The position numbers and the translations under genes are program-made. Shown in pieces: positions 18,691 to 27,541 of a stretch of 64,000 nt of DNA. The stretch covers positions 3,552,001 through 3,616,000 of the forward strand of contig OZ242180.1 of NCBI GenBank assembly GCA_965205485.1. The letters are read 5' to 3'. The notes beneath the pieces are model-generated. The model worked only from the letters and a program-made list of their open reading frames with translations. It searched no databases and was not told the DNA's origin. Numbering within the stretch: the first letter of the stretch is position 1; each line of letters begins with the position of its first letter. This stretch comes from Candidatus Latescibacterota bacterium. GTDB taxonomy: Bacteria; Latescibacterota; UBA2968; GCA-2709665.

Positions 18691-18862
18691 GGCGACTCCT
18701 TCCGGTCCACCGGCTTCGTGTTGTGCGGGGACTCACGGTTTGCGATATTATGCGATGCGGCTCGGGGTGTCAAGTGTTTCGTCGCAGCGGGAACACGCGC
18801 CGCCGGCGAATCAACGACGCGTCGTGCGCGAAGTACATCAGTCCGATTGCGAGAGGTGGTAG

Positions 18863-19987
18863 ATGCCGGAAAAGCCGACGGTTGCGCACTGCGCGAATCC
18901 GTTCCTGACCCTGACCATGATCTGGTGTTACGACCAGATACGCGGTCTGAATCGATATCGGCCGGTTGTGTTGACGCAGGCACGGCAGAATGAGCGCGTC
19001 TTTCCTGTTGACACGCTCTATTCCAGCGAAGACCTGTCCCGGTTGCGCCGGTCCGCCTACCGGGTGGTCCGCAAGATCCGGGGCACGTACGCGGGATACG
19101 GACGAATACTCCGGAAGGAACGCGCCGCGGTCATCCATGCCCATTTTGGCCAGGAGGGCTATTTCTGCCTGGAGGCGCGCCGCAGCGCCGGGGTTCCGAT
19201 GGTCACCACCTTCTATGGGATGGATGCTTCCGCACTGCCACGAAAGCGGCTGTGGAGACGCCGGTTTCAGCGGCTGTTCCGCGAGGGGGAGCTCTTTCTG
19301 GTCGAAGGCCCGCGAATGGGCGAATCGCTGGTCACCATCGGTTGTGCCTATGAGAAGGTGCATGTACACCGGCTGGGCGTCGACCTCGACAAGATTCGCC
19401 AGGCGCGGCCGGACGCCAGACAGGAAGGCGTCGTATTGATGTATGCCAATTTCCGCGAGAAGAAGGGACACGTCTACGGGCTCCGGGCCTGCCGGAAGAT
19501 CATCGGGTCGCATCCCGGCTTGAGGGTGCGCATTATCGGCGATGGAGAACTTCGTTCGGACGTGGAACGCGAGATCTGGCGCCTCGGTCTCGAAGACCGG
19601 GTGGACCTGCTGGGCGTGTTGCCTCACGAGACCTGTCTGAAGGAACTCGGAAGGGCTTCCGTGTTGTTGTATCCGAGCGTGACCGCCGCCGACGGCGATA
19701 CCGAAGGCGGCGCGCCCGTGGCGTTGATCGAGGCCATGGCTTCCGGGCTGGCGATCGTCTCCTCCCTGCACGCGGACATACCCACGGTGGCGCCCGACAG
19801 ACGGTGCGCGCTGTTGTTCCCCGAGCGCAACGTGGACGGACTGGCAGAGGGACTGGATGCTGTGCTTGGGTCCGGCAGGTTAAGGGAGGAATTGGGCAGC
19901 GCGGGCAGGGCCCACGTGGAAGACGCCCACGATATGCGGAAACAGGGCGGGCGGCTGGAAGCGTATTACGATCGAGTGAGATCCTGA
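18863..19987 (+). CDS. Glycosyltransferase family 4 (WcaL-like)
   Basis: IHAHFG, EKKG and PSVTAADGDTEGGAPVALIEAMASG. Confidence 0.88.
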   Translation: MPEKPTVAHCANPFLTLTMIWCYDQIRGLNRYRPVVLTQARQNERVFPVDTLYSSEDLSRLRRSAYRVVRKIRGTYAGYGRILRKERAAVIHAHFGQEGYFCLEARRSAGVPMVTTFYGMDASALPRKRLWRRRFQRLFREGELFLVEGPRMGESLVTIGCAYEKVHVHRLGVDLDKIRQARPDARQEGVVLMYANFREKKGHVYGLRACRKIIGSHPGLRVRIIGDGELRSDVEREIWRLGLEDRVDLLGVLPHETCLKELGRASVLLYPSVTAADGDTEGGAPVALIEAMASGLAIVSSLHADIPTVAPDRRCALLFPERNVDGLAEGLDAVLGSGRLREELGSAGRAHVEDAHDMRKQGGRLEAYYDRVRS

Positions 19988-20108
19988 CGGAGACCCTGGG
20001 GCGGTGAGGCAGGGCACCAGTAACGACCGGCGTTGACAATTGGGCGGACGGCGATTATTTTACAGCAAGTTACGTCAATTTTGGCCGCTGTACACGCGGG
20101 GATCCACG

Positions 20109-20957
20109 GTGGAAATACCACAAACGCAGGTCGACTCGTACAAAGAACAGGGTTTTCTGGTTGTGGAAGGACTGTTGGACGACGAGGATATTGAGGCCAT
20201 TCGTGCGGATGCCGTAAAGCTCTGCCGCGGAGAGTATAAGAGCGACAATCTGAAGCCGGTTCCGGATGGGATGTCCGACGAGGCCGCACTTTCGCAGTAT
20301 CTTTGCATCCACCAACCGCACCGTATCAGTCCGTTCATGTCGGAGGCCCTCGCGCACCGCGGCGTATCGAGAGTACTTTCACGCCTCGTGGCCCCGGATG
20401 TGAAGTGCATGCAGTCGATGCTGTTCATCAAGCCGCCGCAGTTTCCGGGCCAGGCCTGGCATCAGGACGAGGTGTATATTCCCACGCGGGACCGCAGCCT
20501 CACCGGCGCGTGGTACGCCCTGGACGACGTGACGGTGGAGAACGGCTGTATGTGGGTGCTGCCGGGCTCCCACCGGAATGGCTATCTGTATCCCCAACGC
20601 GCGCATGACAGGCCCGAGGAGTTCGATTTTGCCCAGGAGTCCTACGGATTTGACGACAGTGGCGAGATACCCGTGGTGTGTCGCGCCGGCGCGGTGGTCT
20701 TCTTCAACGGATACCTGTTGCACCGGTCCCGCAAGAACCGGTCGGACCGATTTCGACGGGTGCTGGTGAACCATTACATGAACGCCTACTCGTTGTTGCC
20801 ATGGCATCGACCGCCCGAGGACGGCAAGATGGCGCTTGCCGACTACCGCGGCATCCTGATGGTTGCGGGAGAAGACCCGTACGCATGGAAAGGCACGGTG
20901 GATGGCGGCGACGCGCACGTCCGCACGTTCGATCCCGCTGCCCTGGAGACGGATTAG
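20109..20957 (+). CDS. Phytanoyl-CoA dioxygenase family protein
   Basis: YKEQGFLVV, WHQD, ENGCMWVLPGSH and LLHRS. GTG start inferred. Confidence 0.88.
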   Translation: MEIPQTQVDSYKEQGFLVVEGLLDDEDIEAIRADAVKLCRGEYKSDNLKPVPDGMSDEAALSQYLCIHQPHRISPFMSEALAHRGVSRVLSRLVAPDVKCMQSMLFIKPPQFPGQAWHQDEVYIPTRDRSLTGAWYALDDVTVENGCMWVLPGSHRNGYLYPQRAHDRPEEFDFAQESYGFDDSGEIPVVCRAGAVVFFNGYLLHRSRKNRSDRFRRVLVNHYMNAYSLLPWHRPPEDGKMALADYRGILMVAGEDPYAWKGTVDGGDAHVRTFDPAALETD

Positions 20958-20964
20958 CGTTTAA

Positions 20965-21180
20965 CCTCAATTCAAAATGAGAAAACCGTTGAATTGGGCA
21001 CAAAAAGCCTGAATGCGGGTAGAGGGAAGAGGGAAGACGGTAGAAGAAACCCTTGCACGGATCTTTGTTCCTTCTTGCCTCCGGCAGGAGAAGAAACCAC
21101 ACAAGGCAGGAAATCTCTCCCGTCTACCGTCTACCCGCTTCTGATACGAGTTAACGTCCCCGAAGAACGACGAATCTTGG
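20965..21180. mobile_element. MITE family 2, copy B
   Basis: Ends CCTCAATTC / GAATCTTGG with TTAA duplicated on both flanks. The interior has inverted heptamer arrays. Confidence 0.65.
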
Positions 21181-21193
21181 TTAAACAGCGTAT

Positions 21194-22573
21194 ATGGATA
21201 CTCTAACAGCTCATATGGCGACGGACGAAGCGACCGTTGAACGGCCGGAAGCCTGCCACGTGATGGCCAAGCCGTCGGGCGCGGTTTGCAATATAGACTG
21301 TAAATACTGCTTTTACCTTGAGAAGGAAAAGCTGTACCCGGACGCCGGCAGAAACTGGATGATGGACGATGAGACGCTTGAACTTTACGTCCGGCACTAT
21401 ATCGAAGCGCAGGACGTACCGGAGGTTCATTTCGCCTGGCAGGGCGGAGAACCCACGCTGATGGGCGTGGACTTCTACCGCCGGGCCGTGGCCCTGCAGG
21501 CGCGGTACGCCAACGGAAAGACCGTCACGAACGCGTTTCAGACCAACGGGATTCTTCTCGATGACGAGTGGGGCGAGTTCCTGGCAAAACACCGGTTTCT
21601 CGTGGGGCTGTCCGTGGACGGGCCGCGAGAAATGCACGACCGCTATCGCGTGGACAAAGGGGGAAAACCGACGTTCGACCGGGTGATAGAGGGTCTGGAA
21701 GTCCTTCAGAAACACCGGGTTGAATACAATACACTCACGGTGCTGCAGGCCCACAACGCGGACTACCCGGTGGAAGTCTATCGCTTTCTCAAGTCCATCG
21801 GGAGCCGTTACATGCAGTTTATCCCGATCGTGGAGCGGATTGCGGACGCGCCCGGTGACGATCTGCTGCAGCTTGTCGCGCCGGAGTTCGAAGGGCGGGC
21901 CCGGGTCTCGAAGTGGTCGGTGGGTTCAGCCCAATACGGCCGGTTCCTTTGCGACGTCTTCGACGAGTGGGTCCGGAAGGACGTGGGCCGGTATTTCGTC
22001 CAGATGTTCGATATCGCGCTGGGGAGCTGGATGGGCCAGGATGCCAGCCTCTGCATATTCGCGGAAGAGTGCGGCAGGGCGTTGATCATCGAACACAACG
22101 GGGACTTGTATTCCTGCGACCACTTCGTCTATCCGCAGTACAATCTCGGCAACGTCCGTGAAAAGAGCATCCGCGAGATGGTCGCCAGCCCCCTGCAGGA
22201 GAAATTCGGGTCCGATAAACGGGATACGCTGCCGGCGTATTGCCTGGCCTGTGACTACAGGTTCGCCTGCAACGGGGGTTGCCCCAAGCAGAGGTTCATC
22301 CACGCGCCCGACGGAGAGGCGGGGCTGAATTACCTCTGCAGGGGGTATAAGATGTTCTTCGGCCACGTGGACCCCTACATGAAAATGATGGCGAAGGAGC
22401 TTGCCGCGGGTAGGCCGGCCGCGAACGTCTTGCACTGGGTACGCGCCCGGGATACCGAGCGAGCGGCGGTCCGCGCGCGAAGCACGGGACGGAACGAGCC
22501 GTGTCCGTGCGGCAGCGGCAGGAAATTCAAGCGGTGTTGCGGGACGGCGCGTCAACGTGTTAGCGGCGGATGA
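21194..22573 (+). CDS. Anaerobic sulfatase maturase (radical SAM/SPASM) with C-terminal SEC-C motif
   Basis: KPSGAVCNIDCKYCFY, WQGGEP, YSCDHFV, CNGGCPK and GRNEPCPCGSGRKFKRCCG. Confidence 0.92.
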   Translation: MDTLTAHMATDEATVERPEACHVMAKPSGAVCNIDCKYCFYLEKEKLYPDAGRNWMMDDETLELYVRHYIEAQDVPEVHFAWQGGEPTLMGVDFYRRAVALQARYANGKTVTNAFQTNGILLDDEWGEFLAKHRFLVGLSVDGPREMHDRYRVDKGGKPTFDRVIEGLEVLQKHRVEYNTLTVLQAHNADYPVEVYRFLKSIGSRYMQFIPIVERIADAPGDDLLQLVAPEFEGRARVSKWSVGSAQYGRFLCDVFDEWVRKDVGRYFVQMFDIALGSWMGQDASLCIFAEECGRALIIEHNGDLYSCDHFVYPQYNLGNVREKSIREMVASPLQEKFGSDKRDTLPAYCLACDYRFACNGGCPKQRFIHAPDGEAGLNYLCRGYKMFFGHVDPYMKMMAKELAAGRPAANVLHWVRARDTERAAVRARSTGRNEPCPCGSGRKFKRCCGTARQRVSGG

Positions 22574-22643
22574 ATGGTGTTATATTTCAGGGACAGAACA
22601 CTCATAGTTTTGGCTTGACTTTTGTCTTGTGCGGTGCGATCAT

Positions 22644-22680
22644 CCGTACCCGTTTCACCGAAGCTGGTACGGCTTTTTTT
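22644..22680 (+). terminator. Putative intrinsic terminator downstream of the maturase gene
   Basis: CCGTACC...GGTACGG stem followed by CTTTTTTT. Confidence 0.5.
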
Positions 22681-22701
22681 ATGTATCTCCGGAGAGCGAC
22701 A

Positions 22702-23607
22702 ATGTGTGGAATCGTGGGGTTCTGGAACCGGCAGGAGGATACCGGCGGGCTCGGGCGGACCATTTTGAAGATGCTGGGCGCCCTGGATTGCCGGGGACCG
22801 GATTCGGCTGGCGTGGCGCTTTACGGCGAAGGAGAAGACGGGCACATGGTCCTGCGCGTGAGTCTGGGAGAACATGCGGATTACGAAGCAACGGCGCGGC
22901 GGGTCGTTTCGCGGGCGGAAGCGTTGGGCACAGTCGCCGGGTGGGAACGCACGGAAGAATACCTGCGGCTGGTCATCGCTTATGGTGGCGACGCGGGCAA
23001 ACTGGAACACGCGATCGAAACCGCGGGCGAGGGTGTGGAGGTGGTGAGCATGGGAGGCCGGCTGGAAATCGTAAAGCAGGTGGGGTCGCCCCGCAACCTG
23101 GACAGGAGCTACCGGATTTCCGGATTTGAAGGGACCCACGGCATCGGCCACACCCGTCTGTCCACGGAGTCGCGGATCGACCTGAGCCATTCCCAGCCGT
23201 TCTGGGCCCACGGTCATCCGGATCTGGCCATCGTTCACAACGGGCACATCACGAACTATCACAAGCTGAGGCGCATTTACGAGCAGGAAGGCGCCCGGTT
23301 CTATACAGAGAACGACTCCGAAATCATCGGGATGTATCTCCGCCGGCAGCTTGCGGACGGAAGGGACCTTGAGGCGGCAATGGCCGCTTCTCTGACAGAC
23401 CTTGACGGCTCGTTCAGCTATCTGGTGGCCACGCCCGACGCCGTCGGTTTCGTCCGGGATCCGTATTCCTTCAAGCCGCTGCTCTTTGCGGAAACGGACG
23501 ATTTCGCCGCGGTGGCCACCGAAGAGATCGCGTTCCGGTCCGCTTTCGATGGAGACTACGACGTGGTTGAAGCCCGCGCGAGGGACATGCGGCTATGGCA
23601 CAACTGA
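22702..23607 (+). CDS. glxB: Class II glutamine amidotransferase, N-methylglutamate synthase subunit A-like (copy 1)
   Basis: MCGIVG Ntn nucleophile, RGPDSAG, GHTRLSTES, VHNGHITNY and NDSE, in an operon with glxC and glxD. Confidence 0.8.
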   Translation: MCGIVGFWNRQEDTGGLGRTILKMLGALDCRGPDSAGVALYGEGEDGHMVLRVSLGEHADYEATARRVVSRAEALGTVAGWERTEEYLRLVIAYGGDAGKLEHAIETAGEGVEVVSMGGRLEIVKQVGSPRNLDRSYRISGFEGTHGIGHTRLSTESRIDLSHSQPFWAHGHPDLAIVHNGHITNYHKLRRIYEQEGARFYTENDSEIIGMYLRRQLADGRDLEAAMAASLTDLDGSFSYLVATPDAVGFVRDPYSFKPLLFAETDDFAAVATEEIAFRSAFDGDYDVVEARARDMRLWHN

Positions 23608-24290
23608 CATGCAACGGAAAGTCGACACGGGAGATCAACCGGGAGATCAGGGCGGTCGTCGCCGCCGGAGAACGTGAGGTCCGCGTCCTGGATCCGGGTG
23701 CGCGCCACAATCTCGGGGTGGCGCTTCTGGATCCCGTTCACCTCACACTGGAAGGCAGCGTGGGATACTATTGCGCCGGGATGATAGACGGGGCGACCGT
23801 CGAGGTAAAGGGCAGCGCGGGCTGGGGTCTGGCGGAGTCGATGATGAGCGGGAAGGTCGTTGTTCACGGTAACGCGGGCAACGGCACGGCGGCGTCCATT
23901 CGCGGGGGCGCCGTGGTTGTGCGGGGGCACGCCTCCGCGCGGTTGGGCGTGGCGATGAAGGGCGGGCTGATCGTCGTGGGCGGTGACTGCGGGTATATGG
24001 CCGGGTTCATGGGACAGATGGGCCGCATTATCGTCTGCGGCGATACCGGCGAAGCCTTTGCCGATTCGATGTACGAGACCGAGTGTTTCGTGGGCGGGGA
24101 GATCGCGGAACTCGGCAACGATGCGGTTGTGGAGACGCCGGACGAGAGCGAGTTCGCTTTTTTGAGGAACGCCATTCAGGAACACCTGGGCGCGCGCCAC
24201 GACGTCAGGTCATTCAAGAAGGTCGTGGCCGGACGCAAGCTCTGGAATTTCGACAAAGACGAACGCGCGGTGTGGCGGGAGGCATTGTAA
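23595..24290 (+). CDS. glxC: GXGXG (GltB/FwdC-like) protein, N-methylglutamate synthase subunit B-like (copy 1)
   Basis: GXGXG beta-helix repeats, GSVGYYCAGM, AESMMSG and C-terminal GRKLWNF. Confidence 0.8.
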   Translation: MAQLTCNGKSTREINREIRAVVAAGEREVRVLDPGARHNLGVALLDPVHLTLEGSVGYYCAGMIDGATVEVKGSAGWGLAESMMSGKVVVHGNAGNGTAASIRGGAVVVRGHASARLGVAMKGGLIVVGGDCGYMAGFMGQMGRIIVCGDTGEAFADSMYETECFVGGEIAELGNDAVVETPDESEFAFLRNAIQEHLGARHDVRSFKKVVAGRKLWNFDKDERAVWREAL

Positions 24291-24354
24291 TACAGGAACG
24301 CAAGATCCACTGGTTCGGAACCCGTTGCAACTTGACTCCAATCCAACAGGTCAA

Positions 24355-24566
24355 CCTCAATTGGAAAAAACAACAGTCAAATTGGCCACAAAAAGCACAA
24401 AAGGCACAGGATTTACCGGTGCAAAACGAGGTATTGAGGTCGTCAGGAAGGACATTTTTTCGTTTCACGTCCAGTGACCTGGTGTATCCTGGTAATCCGC
24501 CGTATAATCGCCTTTATTAACTAACACATATTCGAATTAACCTCCGCTAAAACTTACGAATCATGG
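24355..24566. mobile_element. MITE family 2, copy C, inserted between glxC and glxD
   Basis: Ends CCTCAATTG / GAATCATGG with TCAA duplicated on both flanks. Confidence 0.7.
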
Positions 24567-24572
24567 TCAATT

Positions 24573-25919
24573 ATGAACGAAGAATATAACGGGCGTCATC
24601 GTCCGCCGCAGGCCAGCGGCACGTTTACGCCCGCCGTCATCGAAGACATCCAGGTCAAGGCGGAGCTGGGGCGGTACCGGATACGCGGGTTCGGCACGCT
24701 TCGCGAACGGCGGTGGCCGACGTTCGACGACCTGACCTTCATTCCCTGTACGCTCACGCGCATTCCGCTGGAAGGATACAGGGAGCGCTGCTCGGCGGAA
24801 ACGGTTCTGGGCGATCGCTTTGCCGAAAAGCCCATCGTGCTGGATACGCCCATCATGATCACCGGCATGAGTTGGGGCGCGCTGTCGTACAACGCCAAGG
24901 TGGCGCTCGCCCGGGGCGCCAATATGGTCGGATCCTCCAATACGACCGGCGACGGTGGGATGTTGAAGGCCGAGCGGGAAGAAAGCAAGGTGCTGGTCTA
25001 CGAGGTCCTGCCTTCGCGATACGGTATCAACGTGCACGACCTCCGGGTTGCCGACGGGATCGAACTCACCATCGGACAGGGGGCGAAGCCGGGCACGGGG
25101 GGACTGCTGCTGGGCGCCAAGGTGCTGGGCGACGTCGCGTCGCAGCGGGACCTGCCCATCGGCGTGGACCAGCGAAGTCCGGCGCGGCACCCTGATTTCC
25201 TGGGTCCGGACGACATGATCATCAAGATCGAGGAATTGCGCGAGGCCACGGACTGGCAGGTCCCCATCTTCGTGAAGATGGGCGCCACCCGCGTTTTCGA
25301 CGACGTACGCCTGGCGGCAAAGGCGGGCGCCGACGTGGTTGTGGTCGACGGCATGGAGGGCGGCACCGGGGCGTCCGCGGAAATCTGCCAGGAGCATACG
25401 GGCATTCCCACGCTCGCGGCTGTGGGAGAAGCGAGGGCGGCGCTAGAGGACATCGGCATGTACGGAAAGGTACAGCTGATCATCGCGGGCGGGATCCGGA
25501 ATGGCGTCGACGCCGCCAAGGCCATGGCGCTGGGCGCCGATGCCGTGTACATCGGCACGGCGGCGCTGATGGCATTGAACTGCAACCGGCCCCTTTTCGT
25601 GGACGACTACAGGGCGCTCGGCGCGGAGCCTTATCATTGCCATCACTGCCACACCGGTCGCTGTCCGGTGGGCATTACCACGCAGGATCCCGAGCTGATG
25701 TCCCGCCTCGACGTTGACGAAGCGGCTGAGCGGGTGGCCAACTTGCTCCAGGCCATGACGTCCGAAATCCAGATCCTCGCGCGCGCATGCGGCAAGGCGG
25801 ACGTGCACGATCTGGAGCCGGAAGACATGCGCGCGCTGACATCCGAAGCGTCCATGATCTGCGATCTTCCGCTGGTTGGGACGAATCGCGTCGTGGGGGG
25901 CGGGCCCGGCTGGCGTTAG
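24573..25919 (+). CDS. glxD: FMN-binding glutamate synthase family protein, N-methylglutamate synthase subunit C-like
   Basis: PLEGYRERC, GMSWGALS, GQGAKPGTGG, RHPDF, DGMEGGT and the Fe-S motif CHHCHTGRCPVG. Confidence 0.88.
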   Translation: MNEEYNGRHRPPQASGTFTPAVIEDIQVKAELGRYRIRGFGTLRERRWPTFDDLTFIPCTLTRIPLEGYRERCSAETVLGDRFAEKPIVLDTPIMITGMSWGALSYNAKVALARGANMVGSSNTTGDGGMLKAEREESKVLVYEVLPSRYGINVHDLRVADGIELTIGQGAKPGTGGLLLGAKVLGDVASQRDLPIGVDQRSPARHPDFLGPDDMIIKIEELREATDWQVPIFVKMGATRVFDDVRLAAKAGADVVVVDGMEGGTGASAEICQEHTGIPTLAAVGEARAALEDIGMYGKVQLIIAGGIRNGVDAAKAMALGADAVYIGTAALMALNCNRPLFVDDYRALGAEPYHCHHCHTGRCPVGITTQDPELMSRLDVDEAAERVANLLQAMTSEIQILARACGKADVHDLEPEDMRALTSEASMICDLPLVGTNRVVGGGPGWR

Positions 25920-25961
25920 TCAGCGCTTCGGGCGCAGAACGGGAAAATCGGGGACTGTCAG

Positions 25962-27200
25962 GTGTCGTTCAAGCTGATTCGACAGGCGCTGAACGGAAAC
26001 GGTCTGTTGCCCAGGATGTGGTGGACCCATCCAGTCAGGGACCGTTACGACGTGGTAATCGTGGGCGGGGGCGCGCATGGTCTGGCCTGTGCCTACTATC
26101 TTGCGGCGGAACACGGCATTACGAACGTTGCCGTTATCGAAAGAGGGTATATCGGTTCCGGAGGAAGCGGTCGGAATACCGCCATCATCCGCAGCAACTA
26201 TCTGACGCCTGAAGGGGTGCGTTTCTACGACGAAAGCGTGCGGCTGTACGAGCAGATGGCGACGGAGCTGGATTTCAACGTTATGTTCAGCCAGCGCGGC
26301 CACCTCACGCTGGCGCATACCGACGGCGCCGTGCGCACCATGCGAAGGCGGGCGGAGGTGAACAAGCTGCAGGGTGTAGTGTCGGAACTGATATGGCCCG
26401 ACGAAATCGAGAGGCTCTGTCCGGGCATCGACGTCAGCGACCATCCCCGCTACCCGATTCTGGCCGCGCTGTACCATCCCCCGGGGGGCATCGTCCGTCA
26501 CGACGCCGTCGTCTGGGGCTATGCCCACCAGGCAGACCGCCGGGGCGTGCACATTCATCAACAGACCGCGGTGACAGGGATCGACGTGCGCGGTGAGAGC
26601 GTCGTGGGCGTAAAGACGTCCGGCGGTTACATCCGGACCGGCACGGTGTTGAACGCGACGGCGGGGTGGGGGTCGACCATCGCCGATATGGCGGGCGTAC
26701 GCCTGCCCCTGACCACTTTTCCGCTGCAGGCCTGCGTTACCGAACCGCTGAAGCCGTTTCTCGACGTCGTCATCGTGTCGGGCAGCCTTCACGTGTACGT
26801 GAGCCAGTCGGACCGCGGCGAACTCGTGATGGGCGCAAGCGTGGACCCATATACGTCCTATTCGATGGATTCTTCGCTGGCGTTCATGGAAAGCATCGCC
26901 GGACACATGCTTGAGTTGTTTCCGTTTCTGAGCAAGGTGCGCGTTCTGCGTCAGTGGGCGGGGCTCTGCGATATGACTCCGGACTACAGTCCCATCATGG
27001 GCTTTACACCCGTACGGGGTTTTCTTGTGGACGTGGGTTGGGGCACGTACGGCTTCAAGGCGTCCCCGATCTGCGGGCGGACCATGGCGGAACTGATCGC
27101 CGGCGACCGCACGCCGGACCTGATTCACCCGTTCCGGCTGTCCCGGTTCGAGGAATTCGACCTGGTTGGCGAAAAAGGCGCGGCGTCTGTGGGTCACTGA
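25962..27200 (+). CDS. soxB: Sarcosine oxidase beta subunit family / N-methylglutamate dehydrogenase subunit A
   Basis: GGGAHG FAD motif, GRNTAIIRSNY, HDAVVWGYA and GWGTYGFKA. Confidence 0.9.
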   Translation: MSFKLIRQALNGNGLLPRMWWTHPVRDRYDVVIVGGGAHGLACAYYLAAEHGITNVAVIERGYIGSGGSGRNTAIIRSNYLTPEGVRFYDESVRLYEQMATELDFNVMFSQRGHLTLAHTDGAVRTMRRRAEVNKLQGVVSELIWPDEIERLCPGIDVSDHPRYPILAALYHPPGGIVRHDAVVWGYAHQADRRGVHIHQQTAVTGIDVRGESVVGVKTSGGYIRTGTVLNATAGWGSTIADMAGVRLPLTTFPLQACVTEPLKPFLDVVIVSGSLHVYVSQSDRGELVMGASVDPYTSYSMDSSLAFMESIAGHMLELFPFLSKVRVLRQWAGLCDMTPDYSPIMGFTPVRGFLVDVGWGTYGFKASPICGRTMAELIAGDRTPDLIHPFRLSRFEEFDLVGEKGAASVGH

Positions 27201-27253
27201 CCGCCGGGTCACCGGAACGGCCAGCTGGCGCGGACCTCGAATCTGAGTGTCTC

Positions 27254-27541
27254 ATGTTGATTCTATCCTGCCCGAATTGCGGCGAACGAAATGTTAGCGA
27301 GTTCCGTTTCGGGGGTGAATACAATCCCCGGCCGGCGAACCCCGATGCGTGCGACGACGCGGAGTTGGCCGCATATCTCTATCTGTGCGACAACAAACTC
27401 GGTGTGGAGACGGCGTGGTGGTATCACCAGGCGGGGTGCGGCCTCTGGTTCCTGGCCCAGCGGCATACGAAGACGCAGGAGGTCCTGAAGACGTACGCGT
27501 GGCAGGCGGACGCGGTCGGGGAGAGCCGGGATGACGACTGA
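27254..27541 (+). CDS. soxD: Sarcosine oxidase delta subunit family
   Basis: CPNCGERNVSEF and WYHQAGCGLW Zn-binding motifs. Confidence 0.88.
   Translation: MLILSCPNCGERNVSEFRFGGEYNPRPANPDACDDAELAAYLYLCDNKLGVETAWWYHQAGCGLWFLAQRHTKTQEVLKTYAWQADAVGESRDDD

Noticed and set aside
22600..22700. Riboswitch upstream of the glx/sox cluster
   Set aside because: Only a single terminator-like hairpin and a weak promoter-like TTGACT are present, with no recognisable aptamer
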